From assembly GCA_017612805.1 (NCBI GenBank), contig JAGAFD010000002.1:287-64286 (forward strand): a DNA stretch of 64,000 bases. Direction: 5' to 3'. Positions within the stretch are counted from its first letter, which is position 1. Each line of letters starts with the position of its first letter. Below the pieces are notes generated by a model, which did not search any database, was not told the DNA's origin, and saw only the letters and a list, made by a program, of their open reading frames with translations. The position numbers and the translations under genes were made by a program. This DNA comes from Bacilli bacterium. Its GTDB lineage: Bacteria; Bacillota_I; Bacilli_A; RF39; UBA660. Shown here one piece after another: positions 52,023 through 61,738 of this stretch.

Positions 52023-52702
52023 CTATCCATTATTTCATATATTAATAATGCTGCCGCAACTGAAGCATTTAAAGAATTAACTCTTCCACGCATTGGTATA
52101 GAAAGTACAATATCGGTATTTTCTTTAACTAAACGGGATAAGCCAAAACCTTCACTACCAATTACAAGGGCGACCTTTTTAGGATAAGTTTCACTTTTAT
52201 AGTTAACACCATCCATATCCGCAGCATAAATAAAGAAATTATTTTTCTTTAAATCTTTAATCGTATTTACCAAGTTATTAACCATAATAACTTTAACATG
52301 TTCTAAAGCACCAGCTGATGTTTTCATAACGGTTGCATTCACTCTTACGGAGCGATCTTTAGGAATAATAATTGATTTAATACCAGAAGCTTCGCAAGTA
52401 CGAATAATAGCTCCTAAGTTATGAGGATCTTCTAAGTGATCGAGAATAACTACTGTATCTTCATCACCTAAAGCTTTTAAATCATAATATTCATAATCTT
52501 TCATTTCAATAATAATACCTTGATGTAAGCCTTTTTCCATATTATCTAATACTTTATTATCAACAATTTGATAATTAATATTATTCTCTTTAATAAATGA
52601 TAAAGTCTCTTCATCTTTAAAAGTATTACTTAAATAAACTTTAATAATTTTTTGATAATCATTTTTTACTTCATTAAATACATTTTTACCATAAACACGC
52701 AT
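52019..52702 (-). CDS. TrmH-family RNA 2'-O-methyltransferase (RlmB/YacO-like)
   Basis: 227 aa. SpoU motifs (LDHLEDPHNLGAIIRT, LVIGSEGFGL, PMRGRVNSLNASVAAAL). Confidence 0.8.
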   Translation of the reverse strand: MRVYGKNVFNEVKNDYQKIIKVYLSNTFKDEETLSFIKENNINYQIVDNKVLDNMEKGLHQGIIIEMKDYEYYDLKALGDEDTVVILDHLEDPHNLGAIIRTCEASGIKSIIIPKDRSVRVNATVMKTSAGALEHVKVIMVNNLVNTIKDLKKNNFFIYAADMDGVNYKSETYPKKVALVIGSEGFGLSRLVKENTDIVLSIPMRGRVNSLNASVAAALLIYEIMDR

Positions 52703-53058
52703 TAGAAACTCACCACCTTATTCATTATTTCTTCAATACGTTTTTCTTTATGATCATAATATAATTTGCCAATTAAACATTCAAAACCAGTCGCATAACG
52801 ATAAGTAATAATATCACAGCTTTTAGAAGATGTTTTATTAGAACTTTTACCATATCTTACAATATCTAATTCTTCTTCTGTCAAAAAGTTCTCTGCAATT
52901 AATTGTTCTAATAATCTGCGTTGACTAGTTGCACTAACATATTTAATTGAAGCTGCTTGTAAATCACCAGGTTTATTAATATTTTTACTTAAGAGATATT
53001 TTCTAATATAAAATTCATAAATAGTATCACCTAAGTATGCATATTGTAATGCATTCAT
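52702..53058 (-). CDS. mrnC: Mini-ribonuclease 3 (MrnC/YazC)
   Basis: Start set at MNALQYAYLGDTIYEF... (ATG at 53056-53058), preceded by GGAGGGG. The track Met at 53100 lacks an RBS and sits inside the lgt terminator hairpin. AYLGDTIYE matches the Mini-III catalytic box. Confidence 0.75.
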   Translation of the reverse strand: MNALQYAYLGDTIYEFYIRKYLLSKNINKPGDLQAASIKYVSATSQRRLLEQLIAENFLTEEELDIVRYGKSSNKTSSKSCDIITYRYATGFECLIGKLYYDHKEKRIEEIMNKVVSF

Positions 53059-53100
53059 TAAAAACCCCTCCAAACTGGCTTTATAATAGCATAGATACAT

Positions 53101-53135
53101 AAAAAAAACAATAATTAAGAAATCTTAATTATTGT
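53101..53135 (-). terminator. Intrinsic terminator after lgt
   Basis: 12-bp hairpin acaataattaag-aaat-cttaattattgt (53108-53135), with T8 on the minus strand (complement of 53101-53108). Confidence 0.6.
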
Positions 53136-53140
53136 TAAAA

Positions 53141-53977
53141 TTAAAAGTGAATATTATCAGCATTCTTTTCGCTATATAAATCTTCAAATTTAGTTTTTTT
53201 GCTTAAAATCATAAAAATTAACATACCAACAATAAATAAAATAATTGATACGATTTGGGCAACTTTAAAACCACCTAACATTAATGAATCAGTTCTTAAT
53301 CCTTCAATGAAGAATCTTCCTAAGCTATACCACATTAAATAAATAGCTGTTAATTGACCAACTTTTAAATATTTATAATGTTTAACTATCATTAATATGA
53401 TAAAACCGATTAAACACCATACAGATTCATAAAGGAACGTTGGCGTGTAATATAGTCCATCATCTAACATCCCATCAATAATAAATTTTGGTAAATGGGC
53501 ACTTTGTAATTTAGCTAATGAAGTTACTGGACCGTGAGCTTCATTATTAAAGAAGTTTCCCCAACGGCCTAATGCTTGAGCAATTAATAATGGTACTACA
53601 GCAATATCAGTCATCCTTAAAGTTCTAGCGGCATATTTTTTACAATACAATATAATTGTTATTAAACCAGCAATGATACCACCATGAATAGCAAGACCGC
53701 CTTGCCATATTTTTAATATTGATATTGGGTCATTAGCATAATCACTAAAGTTAAATAATACATAATATAGTCTTGCCCCAATAAAACCAACAATAATCGT
53801 CCAGAATGCTAAATTAAAATAGAAATCCCAAGAAATATTATATTTTTTTGTTTCTAATTTACAATAAATAAGGGCAATTACAATCCCAATTAAAATAAAT
53901 AATGAATACCATTTTATTGATACTTTGCCAATCGAAAAAATCACTGGATTCATTTTAAGTAAATACATTTTATCCAC
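53141..53977 (-). CDS. lgt: Prolipoprotein diacylglyceryl transferase
   Basis: 278 aa polytopic. Lgt signatures IGARLYYV and GGLAIHGGIIAG. Confidence 0.85.
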   Translation of the reverse strand: MDKMYLLKMNPVIFSIGKVSIKWYSLFILIGIVIALIYCKLETKKYNISWDFYFNLAFWTIIVGFIGARLYYVLFNFSDYANDPISILKIWQGGLAIHGGIIAGLITIILYCKKYAARTLRMTDIAVVPLLIAQALGRWGNFFNNEAHGPVTSLAKLQSAHLPKFIIDGMLDDGLYYTPTFLYESVWCLIGFIILMIVKHYKYLKVGQLTAIYLMWYSLGRFFIEGLRTDSLMLGGFKVAQIVSIILFIVGMLIFMILSKKTKFEDLYSEKNADNIHF

Positions 53978-54044
53978 CCTCTAATCTAAAAGTATTATAG
54001 CACATATTAAAAAAATTATATAAAAAATCGTACATTGTACGATT

Positions 54045-56420
54045 TTATTTATCTCTAATTGAACATTCAAACTTAGTAGTTACTTTATTAATGATGTTTT
54101 CAAATACAGAAGTTACTTCTTCATCACTAAGAGTTCTAGTATCATCTTGGAATGTTAAATTAAAGGCAATTGATTTATAACCAGCATCAACATTTTGGCC
54201 AGTATATACATCAAAAATATCAATGTTTGTAAGTAGTCTGCCACCACTTCTTCTAATTTCATCAATTAAAGTATCAGCACTTACTTCATCTTTAACAATG
54301 AATGCTACATCTTTTTTAATTGATGGATATTTAGATACTTCTTTAAACTTAATATTCTTAATTGGCTTTACAATACCATTTAGGCTAAGTTCAGCTACAT
54401 AAATATCATTTTTATTAATACGAGGATTAACTTTACCAATAACTCCTACTACTTCACGGTCAAGAATAATGTTAGCACTTACTCCTGGATGTAAATCTTT
54501 AATAGTAGCTTTTTCAAATGAATAACGATTCTTTAATCCCATATAATCTAAAATATTACAAACAATACCTTTGATTAAATAAAAATCTACTTTAATGCCA
54601 TTATTTTGCCATCCACCATTTATATAATTACCACTCATTAAAATACCAATCTTAGTAGTTTCTTCATAAGTATTGTTATATGTATTACTTATTTCATAAA
54701 TATTAACATCATTAACTTTACGGGTTTTATTATATTCATAAACCCCTAATAGTGATGGTAAGATACTAGTTCTAATAACTGATTTATCAGAACTAAATGG
54801 ATTAGGTAAAATAACTGGATTAGCATTATTATAATTAAATAATTTTTGAGTTTCAGGATTAATTAACGTATAAGTCTTAACTTCATTTAAACCTAAACTT
54901 CTTAAACGTGATGATAACATCTTACGATATTTAACATTACCAACATATTCACCTTTTTTCGTTTCCGCAATTGGCAAGGTATTTTTTAAGTTATGGTAAC
55001 CATATAAGCAGCCAATTTCTTCGGCAATATCATTAACATTACCTTCAATATCTAATCTACGATTAGGAATAGTTACAATAAATTTACCATCTTGGAATTC
55101 ATATTTAAAATCAAGACGATCTAATTCATGAGCCATATCTTTATCCGAAATATTAATACCTAACATTTCATTAATTTCATTTGGTTTAAAAGTAACCACT
55201 TTCTCTTCTTTATTTAATTCATCATGAACAACCATATCTGAAAGAATTGTTGCATCAGCATATTTTTCTAATAATTGACAAGCACGATCAATCGCTTTCT
55301 TAGTATATTCATAATTTAAACCTTTACCATAACGAATTGATGCTTCACTTTTTAAATCTAGTTTATTAGCAGTATTTCTAATACTTACGGCATCAAAGAT
55401 GGCACTTTCAATAAAGATGTTTTTAGTATTTTCATCAACTTCAGTATTTAAACCACCCATAACTCCAGCAATACATACAGGATTATCACCATCAGTAATA
55501 ACAATATCATCTTTAGATAATACTCTTTCCTTTTCATCTAGAGTCATCATTACTTCAGTATCTAGAGCATCTCTTACTAAAACGGTGTTACCTAATTTAT
55601 CATAATCAAAGAAGTGCATTGGTTGACCGTACTCTAACATTACATAATTAGAAATATCAACAACGTTATTAATTGGACGCATACCAACAGCTGTTAATCT
55701 CTTTTTAATAAAATCTGGTGATTCTTTAATAACCACATTACGTGCCATCTTACCTAAGTAATATGGACATTTAGATGTTTTAACATCTAATTTAACATAG
55801 TTATTAACATTATCAGTAATTTCACTATAACTAATTGTTGGTTCTTTAACACGTTTATTTAAAATAGCCCCAATAATATATGAAAAACCAATATGATAGA
55901 AGCAATCATTATTACGATGTTTGTGAATATCTAATTCTAAGATTGTATCATCATAGCCAAGAATTGCTAAAGGATTAGTTCCAACTTCAGCATCTTCTGG
56001 TAATTCATGAATACCTTTATTATAATTTTCTTCAGTTTTTTCTTCTAAACCTAATTCAAATAAAGCACATAACATACCATTTGATTCAACATCACGAATA
56101 ACGCCTTTTTTGATTTCAAAATCACCAGGAAGAATTGCTCCAGGTAGTGCTACAATTACTTTTAAGTCTTTACGAACATTAGGAGCACCACATACAATTT
56201 GAATAGTATCAGATGCACCAATATCTACTTGGCAAATATGTAAGTGATCACTATTTGGATGATTAACACAATCAATAACTTTACCAACCACTAAATTTTT
56301 TATGTCATAAGTAATAACTTTTTCAACATTAACCCCAAAATTAGTAATATCAGTAGCTAGTTTTTCTGGATCAACACCAGTTAAATCAATATAATCTTTA
56401 CACCAATTTAAACTAATCAT
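54045..56420 (-). CDS. pheT: Phenylalanine--tRNA ligase beta subunit
   Basis: 791 aa. tRNA-binding N-terminus, B3/4, B5 and FDX-ACB domains. Overlaps the pheS stop. Confidence 0.95.
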   Translation of the reverse strand: MISLNWCKDYIDLTGVDPEKLATDITNFGVNVEKVITYDIKNLVVGKVIDCVNHPNSDHLHICQVDIGASDTIQIVCGAPNVRKDLKVIVALPGAILPGDFEIKKGVIRDVESNGMLCALFELGLEEKTEENYNKGIHELPEDAEVGTNPLAILGYDDTILELDIHKHRNNDCFYHIGFSYIIGAILNKRVKEPTISYSEITDNVNNYVKLDVKTSKCPYYLGKMARNVVIKESPDFIKKRLTAVGMRPINNVVDISNYVMLEYGQPMHFFDYDKLGNTVLVRDALDTEVMMTLDEKERVLSKDDIVITDGDNPVCIAGVMGGLNTEVDENTKNIFIESAIFDAVSIRNTANKLDLKSEASIRYGKGLNYEYTKKAIDRACQLLEKYADATILSDMVVHDELNKEEKVVTFKPNEINEMLGINISDKDMAHELDRLDFKYEFQDGKFIVTIPNRRLDIEGNVNDIAEEIGCLYGYHNLKNTLPIAETKKGEYVGNVKYRKMLSSRLRSLGLNEVKTYTLINPETQKLFNYNNANPVILPNPFSSDKSVIRTSILPSLLGVYEYNKTRKVNDVNIYEISNTYNNTYEETTKIGILMSGNYINGGWQNNGIKVDFYLIKGIVCNILDYMGLKNRYSFEKATIKDLHPGVSANIILDREVVGVIGKVNPRINKNDIYVAELSLNGIVKPIKNIKFKEVSKYPSIKKDVAFIVKDEVSADTLIDEIRRSGGRLLTNIDIFDVYTGQNVDAGYKSIAFNLTFQDDTRTLSDEEVTSVFENIINKVTTKFECSIRDK

Positions 56421-57466
56421 TATTTATTCTCCCTTCTATCAAAGGTTTTTAATTCTCTTAAATCTGTATAATAGAATGTTCTAATATCATTAATACCATA
56501 TTTAAGCATTGCCATACGTTCTGCTCCAAAACCAAATGCAAAACCATGCCAAATTTTAGGATCGTAGCCACATCCAGCTAATACATCAGGATGAACAATA
56601 CCAGCTCCACCAATAGTTATCCATCCACTATTTTTACAAATGTTACATCCACTACCTTTACAATTAAAGCAACTGATATCCATTTCTACAGATGGCTCAG
56701 TAAACGGATAATAACTAGGTCTAAAACGTGATACGGTGTCACTACCAAATAATTCTTTAGCTAATACTTCAAAAGTACCTTTTAAATCGGATAAACTAAC
56801 ATGTTTGTCTACTAACAAACCTTCAATTTGCATAAATTGATGTGAATGTGTTGCATCGTCAGCATCTCTTCGATAAGTTTTACCAGGGCAAATAATACGA
56901 ATCGGAGTCTTATCTTCATTAGCAAGCATTACACGAGCTTGAACACTGGAAGTTTGACTTCTTAATAATACTTCATCATCTTTAATATAGAAAGTATCTT
57001 GTGCATCACGAGCTGGATGCCCTTTTGGTAAATTTAATAATTCAAAGTTATATTTATCTAATTCAATTTCAGGCCCTTCAACGACATCATAACCCATTGA
57101 CATCATAACATTTTCAACTTCTTCAATAACATGTTCCAAAATATTTGGAGCACCACAAGTTACTTCAGTAGCTGGTAGCGTAACATCAATTGATTCTTTA
57201 GATAGCTTTCCATTAAATTCTGCTTCTTTAATTTCATTTAATTTGTTATCAATTAAATTATTTAATTCATTTTTTAAATCATTAATTTTAGAACCATATA
57301 CCTTCTTATCTTCAATTGACATATCTTTTAAAGATGTTAATAAATCATTAGTTTCACTTTTCTTTCCTAATAATTCACTTTTAACATTCATTAAATCAGC
57401 TTCTTTAGATACACCAGCAACTAATTCTTTAGCATGATTTAAGATACTTATAATTTTTTCTTCCAT
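56420..57466 (-). CDS. pheS: Phenylalanine--tRNA ligase alpha subunit
   Basis: Start set at MEEKIISILNH... (ATG at 57464-57466), preceded by GGAGGA. Class II motifs (FRPSYYPFTEPS, GFAFGFGAERMAMLKYGINDIR). Confidence 0.9.
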   Translation of the reverse strand: MEEKIISILNHAKELVAGVSKEADLMNVKSELLGKKSETNDLLTSLKDMSIEDKKVYGSKINDLKNELNNLIDNKLNEIKEAEFNGKLSKESIDVTLPATEVTCGAPNILEHVIEEVENVMMSMGYDVVEGPEIELDKYNFELLNLPKGHPARDAQDTFYIKDDEVLLRSQTSSVQARVMLANEDKTPIRIICPGKTYRRDADDATHSHQFMQIEGLLVDKHVSLSDLKGTFEVLAKELFGSDTVSRFRPSYYPFTEPSVEMDISCFNCKGSGCNICKNSGWITIGGAGIVHPDVLAGCGYDPKIWHGFAFGFGAERMAMLKYGINDIRTFYYTDLRELKTFDRRENK

Positions 57467-57727
57467 AATTATTCCTCCAATAAAAAAAATTCTATTACTA
57501 AGGGACGAAATTAGCTTCCGCGGTACCACCCTAATTCTAGAATTCTAGCACTCTTTTTGATATATCGGTCAACACCGAGTTTTTGCTATACATTTGAATT
57601 TCATTAAATTATTTTCTTTAAATGCTTTCAGCCGGTGACATTTAATTTCTAATTAGGTTTATAATTTAATTACTTAAGGATGTAATCATCGCTTAACTAC
57701 CGTTAGTTTAGCATAATAAATAATTTT
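57467..57727 (-). promoter_or_regulatory. T-box riboswitch leader of pheS-pheT
   Basis: The minus strand carries AATTAGGGTGGTACCGCGG (complement of 57518-57536), the canonical T-box/antiterminator sequence. It is followed by a hairpin-forming segment, a T-run (aatttttttta) and the RBS. A UUC triplet in a candidate specifier region corresponds to the complement of 57596-57598. Confidence 0.7.
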
Positions 57728-57758
57728 TTTCAATAAAAAAGCATCAAATTGATGCTTA
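57728..57758 (-). terminator. Intrinsic terminator after 57756..58574 gene
   Basis: Hairpin gcatcaa-ttt-gatgc (57741-57755) immediately after the stop, with T6+ on the minus strand. Confidence 0.55.
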
Positions 57759-58574
57759 GTTATTTTTAATATTAATTGTATCTAAATAATAGTTATTAGA
57801 TGTATCTTTTTTGAATGTATAAGTATAAGTACGATTAATGGTTGCAGATTTACTACCATCACCATTTACGCCTTGGTAAGTAGCTTTAATATCATAAATT
57901 ACTTTTACGTTATCACTTTCTTCTTTTAATGAAACTTTATCTGTAACTTCAAGATCAAATGCTACACTGCCTCCATACGTGAATAAGTAATTATTGTTAT
58001 ACACGCGATCACCAAAAATTGTTTTTGGATTTGTTTTAATGTTTAATACTTTAGCTATTTTGGCATAATCATCAAATGCTACCGATGTACACCATCCAGC
58101 TCCCGCTTCACAATTAGCATAATCTTCTCCTAAAACTTGGCCAACTAATGTTTTATCTAATGCATAAGTTAAAATAATTTCTTCTATTGTATCAACAGGG
58201 AGGTCATCTATTTTAAATGTTCCTGTCTTATTTAATCTTCTCATTACATATTGAAATGAATAGTAATCAGTTGTTTTATGACCAGCAGAATCTTCCTTAT
58301 TAATTCCATTTTCAGTTAATCCGATAATATCTAATAATTCTTTTTTTTCATCATCAGTTAATTTAATTATTTGTTGATTATTATCAGTCTTTTTATCAGC
58401 ATCAGTTACTTCATTACTAACTTCACTACTATTAGAACCGTTATTATTACCATTATTTTTATCAGAATATGCTTTATAAACTAAAAAGCTTAATAATCCA
58501 ATAATAATTAATAGTGCAATTACTAATAGAATATAACTAATATTTGATCCTTTCTTAATATTATTTTCTTCCAA
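57756..58574 (-). CDS. Membrane-anchored extracytoplasmic protein, unknown
   Basis: 272 aa. N-terminal TM (ISYILLVIALLIIIGLLSFLVY), Asn/Gly/Ser-rich linker, globular domain with CEAGAGWC. Confidence 0.4.
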   Translation of the reverse strand: MEENNIKKGSNISYILLVIALLIIIGLLSFLVYKAYSDKNNGNNNGSNSSEVSNEVTDADKKTDNNQQIIKLTDDEKKELLDIIGLTENGINKEDSAGHKTTDYYSFQYVMRRLNKTGTFKIDDLPVDTIEEIILTYALDKTLVGQVLGEDYANCEAGAGWCTSVAFDDYAKIAKVLNIKTNPKTIFGDRVYNNNYLFTYGGSVAFDLEVTDKVSLKEESDNVKVIYDIKATYQGVNGDGSKSATINRTYTYTFKKDTSNNYYLDTINIKNN

Positions 58575-58692
58575 ACGATATCAACCTCTTTCCTACCTTA
58601 ATAATAACATAGGGATTACTATTTGTTATTAATAAAAATTATTGGTATACACATAATTTGTAAACAATAAAAAAGTACTGTTTGAAACAGTA

Positions 58693-60330
58693 CTATTTAA
58701 TTAATTCAATACGTTTTTTAATACGTTGTGTTCCTAATAATTTTAAGATTTCATATAAATCTGGAGTCATTGACTTAGTAGTAATAGCTACTCTGATAAC
58801 CGTAGATATATCCGCTACATTACCTTTATAATTATCAGGATTTTCTTTATAAGCTTTCATATCAGATGTATAACCATCTAATGAATCAGTTAATTCTTTA
58901 ACTTTATTAAACCAAGTATCTTTATCATCATTAATATCATAATAATTACTAAAGTATTTGTCTAAGATCATTTTAATTTCATCTAGGTTATTGATCTTAC
59001 CCCATTCATATGAATCATTATTAAATAATTCATCATACATATACCATAAAGATGCTTTTACATCTTCCCATTTAGCAAAGTCTTTACGAGGTTTTTGTTG
59101 TTCTCTTTCAATGTTTAAAATAGCTTTAGTATAATCAGCATATTTAGTAATAAGAGCTGCAAATTCTTGATCAAATTCATTAGCCCATTGTAATAAAGCA
59201 TTGTATACTTCATCTTTAGTTAAACGTGAAATATAGTTTTTAGAAATGTTAATAATCTTTTCTAAATCAAATAATGCTCCATTCTTACTCATCTTACTAA
59301 ATGAGAATTCAAAATCACGATATGATGATGTAGGATTTTGTAAATACCAACCATCAAAGTTAGAGTTCATTAATGTTGCAAAATATAACTTAATCGCTTC
59401 AACTGGAACTCCTTTTTCATGATAATAAGTTGCAGCAGCTTCCGGATCTTTTCTTTTACTAATTTTTCTAACCGAATTACCATCTTTAATATTAAGTGGT
59501 AATAAGTGTGCAAATTTAGGTGGTTTAAACCCACAAGCATTCCATAATTCTAAATGATATGGTACTGATGAAATATATGAATCATCTCTAGTAACAATTG
59601 TTACACGCATAAAATGATCATCACATACATGAGCAAAGGCATATGGTGGAATACCATCAGATTTAATTAATACTTGATCAATATCATTTTCCGGTAATTC
59701 AATGGTACCTTTAACTAAATCTTTAAAGATAAACTTCTTATCACAGTTACCGGTTGATTTTAATCTTAATACCCATTTTTCACCATTAGCTATCTTTTCT
59801 TTGATTTCTTCTAAAGAAAGATTACGACATTTAGCATAACGGCCATAATAACCAATTGGTTCTTTTCTTCTTTCTTGATTTTCACGCATTTTAGTTAAAT
59901 CATCTTCAGAACAAAAGCATGGATAAGCACGACCAATTGAAACTAAATATTTAGCAACGGTATGATAAATCTCTAAACGTTGTGATTGAATATATGGTCC
60001 ATAAGCTCCACCTTTAATAGGATGCTCATTAACCGTATAATTAAAATGCTCCAAATCAGCAATTCCTAGTTCAATACCGTTTTCTATTTTACGTTTTTGA
60101 TCAGTATCTTCAATACGAACAATAAATACACCATTAGTTTGTTTAGCGATAACTTCGGGAATAAAAGATGCATATAAATTTCCTAAATGCATTCTTCCGG
60201 TAGGACTTGGCGCAAAACGAGTTACTTCAACACCTTCACCCAAGTTTCTTTCGGGATACATTTTTTCTAAATCGGCAATCGTTTTAGTTACATCAGGATA
60301 TAATACATTTGCTAATTCTTCATAATTCAT
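58693..60330 (-). CDS. gltX: Glutamate--tRNA ligase (GluRS) with C-terminal extension
   Basis: 545 aa. RFAPSPTGRMHLGN (HIGH-class motif), IVRIEDTDQKR, KISKRK (KMSKS). About 60 aa longer than typical GluRS. Confidence 0.75.
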   Translation of the reverse strand: MNYEELANVLYPDVTKTIADLEKMYPERNLGEGVEVTRFAPSPTGRMHLGNLYASFIPEVIAKQTNGVFIVRIEDTDQKRKIENGIELGIADLEHFNYTVNEHPIKGGAYGPYIQSQRLEIYHTVAKYLVSIGRAYPCFCSEDDLTKMRENQERRKEPIGYYGRYAKCRNLSLEEIKEKIANGEKWVLRLKSTGNCDKKFIFKDLVKGTIELPENDIDQVLIKSDGIPPYAFAHVCDDHFMRVTIVTRDDSYISSVPYHLELWNACGFKPPKFAHLLPLNIKDGNSVRKISKRKDPEAAATYYHEKGVPVEAIKLYFATLMNSNFDGWYLQNPTSSYRDFEFSFSKMSKNGALFDLEKIINISKNYISRLTKDEVYNALLQWANEFDQEFAALITKYADYTKAILNIEREQQKPRKDFAKWEDVKASLWYMYDELFNNDSYEWGKINNLDEIKMILDKYFSNYYDINDDKDTWFNKVKELTDSLDGYTSDMKAYKENPDNYKGNVADISTVIRVAITTKSMTPDLYEILKLLGTQRIKKRIELIK

Positions 60331-60380
60331 TTAAATCACTTCTTTACTTTGTTTATTATAACATGAAAAGAGAATAATAA

Positions 60381-60905
60381 CTATCCTCTTTTAAGTTTCT
60401 TAGCTTCTTGATAATAAGGTTCAACTTTACTTGGTTTACCAGTACTATAATTATACATATTTTTAATACTATAAAAAATAGCTGGATCAACTGAACATAA
60501 AGCACTTTGTAATAATTCATAATAATATCCAAAACGAACAATCCCAAATAAATGTAATTTTTTATCTAAATAATTAGTTTTAATTAATTGACGATATATT
60601 TTTTTCAAATCGTTTTGTTCTAATTCTTCAGGATAATTTAATGCTGATAATAAAGAACCAATGTTAATAGCATCACAAATAATAAATGGGCCTTTATTAG
60701 AATTAGAACGATTATATATTGGATATTTAACTGGTGTAGAATAGATTAAATCTTCAGCTAATAAATCATCATTAATCGTAAATAACATAGTACGACATAA
60801 ATTATCGCCAAAGGTTGCTTCACCACGTTTATCTTCATCAATAGTGTTTTGATATAATGAACCAATATAGATTGTATTACGATTGATTTTAGAATGATTA
60901 CTCAT
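60381..60905 (-). CDS. Hypothetical protein
   Basis: 174 aa with RBS GGAGGGG. No recognisable domain. Confidence 0.4.
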   Translation of the reverse strand: MSNHSKINRNTIYIGSLYQNTIDEDKRGEATFGDNLCRTMLFTINDDLLAEDLIYSTPVKYPIYNRSNSNKGPFIICDAINIGSLLSALNYPEELEQNDLKKIYRQLIKTNYLDKKLHLFGIVRFGYYYELLQSALCSVDPAIFYSIKNMYNYSTGKPSKVEPYYQEAKKLKRG

Positions 60906-60930
60906 TAAAACCCCTCCTTAAGTACCGTGT

Positions 60931-60958
60931 ATTATAGCACGTATTTATAATTTGTCAA
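60931..60958 (-). promoter_or_regulatory. Near-consensus extended -10 sigma-A promoter (TTGACA-16-TGcTATAAT)
   Basis: On the minus strand: ttgaca (complement of 60953-60958), a 16-nt spacer, tgc-tataat (complement of 60931-60939). Drives the 60381..60905 gene. Confidence 0.5.
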
Positions 60959-60990
60959 ACTAGCGTCATTAAAAAATCAAATAAGCTAAC

Positions 60991-61590
60991 TTATTTGATT
61001 GTACAGGTATGTTGATATTTAGTTTTTTCACTTTCTAAATCAAGATTAGCCATATCAGAAATAAATTTATCAACTAAATCTACCTTTAAAAAGCGAATAT
61101 CTCCAACACCTTGTAAGTCGGTAAATTTCTTTGCTTCTGGTGGTACTATCAATTGATACTTTTCAATTAAAATTGGCGTTATTAAACTATAATCATTATA
61201 ACCAATTTTAATAGCTTCCATTAACGGTAATTGCGCGATTGATTCATCAAAGATATAATCGCCGAAGAAATAATAATCACATAATAAATGTAAGAAATAT
61301 GCTCTTAGAAAAGAATTATTAATATCATTTTTTGATAAAAATAAACCTAAATCAACTTTTCTTTTCATATAATCGATAATATTATCCGTATTTTGGTTTA
61401 ATCCAAAATGACGGGCATTCTTATCATCAGAATCTATTTTAATATAATTACTAATATCTATTTCGTTAATATCAACACCTAAAGTTCCTAACATAAAAGC
61501 TTTTTTATCTTCTTCAGGATGATTTTCTAAATACTTTTTAGCTACTGCTAAATGAATTGATATACAAGGCATATAAATCCTCCTTAACAA
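60991..61590 (-). CDS. Hypothetical protein
   Basis: 199 aa; the true start may be the second Met (MPCISIHLAVAKKY...). His/Asp-containing but not assignable. Confidence 0.35.
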   Translation of the reverse strand: MLRRIYMPCISIHLAVAKKYLENHPEEDKKAFMLGTLGVDINEIDISNYIKIDSDDKNARHFGLNQNTDNIIDYMKRKVDLGLFLSKNDINNSFLRAYFLHLLCDYYFFGDYIFDESIAQLPLMEAIKIGYNDYSLITPILIEKYQLIVPPEAKKFTDLQGVGDIRFLKVDLVDKFISDMANLDLESEKTKYQHTCTIK

Positions 61591-61598
61591 AAAAATAA

Positions 61599-61675
61599 TG
61601 GTGACCCGTACGAGATTCGGACTCGTGAATGTAACCTTGAGAGGGTTATGTGTTAAACCACTTCACCAACGGGCC
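61599..61675 (-). tRNA. tRNA-Glu (anticodon read as CTC)
   Basis: The minus-strand 77-mer GGCCCGTTGGTGAAGTGGTTTAACACATAACCCTCTCAAGGTTACATTCACGAGTCCGAATCTCGTACGGGTCACCA folds as a cloverleaf. It has a 7-bp acceptor stem, an anticodon stem TAACC/GGTTA with loop CTCTCAA, a T-arm ACGAG/CTCGT and an encoded CCA. The acceptor and T-arm are near-identical to B. subtilis tRNA-Glu. Confidence 0.8.
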
Positions 61676-61707
61676 ATCAATAAACGTATTGTATCATAAA
61701 AATAACA

Positions 61708-61738
61708 ATAAAAAAAGTTGTTTATTTAAATAAACAAC
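61708..61738 (-). terminator. Intrinsic terminator overlapping gap stop
   Basis: Palindrome gttgtttattt/aaataaacaac (61717-61738) spanning the stop codon, followed on the minus strand by T7 (complement of 61710-61716). Confidence 0.5.
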
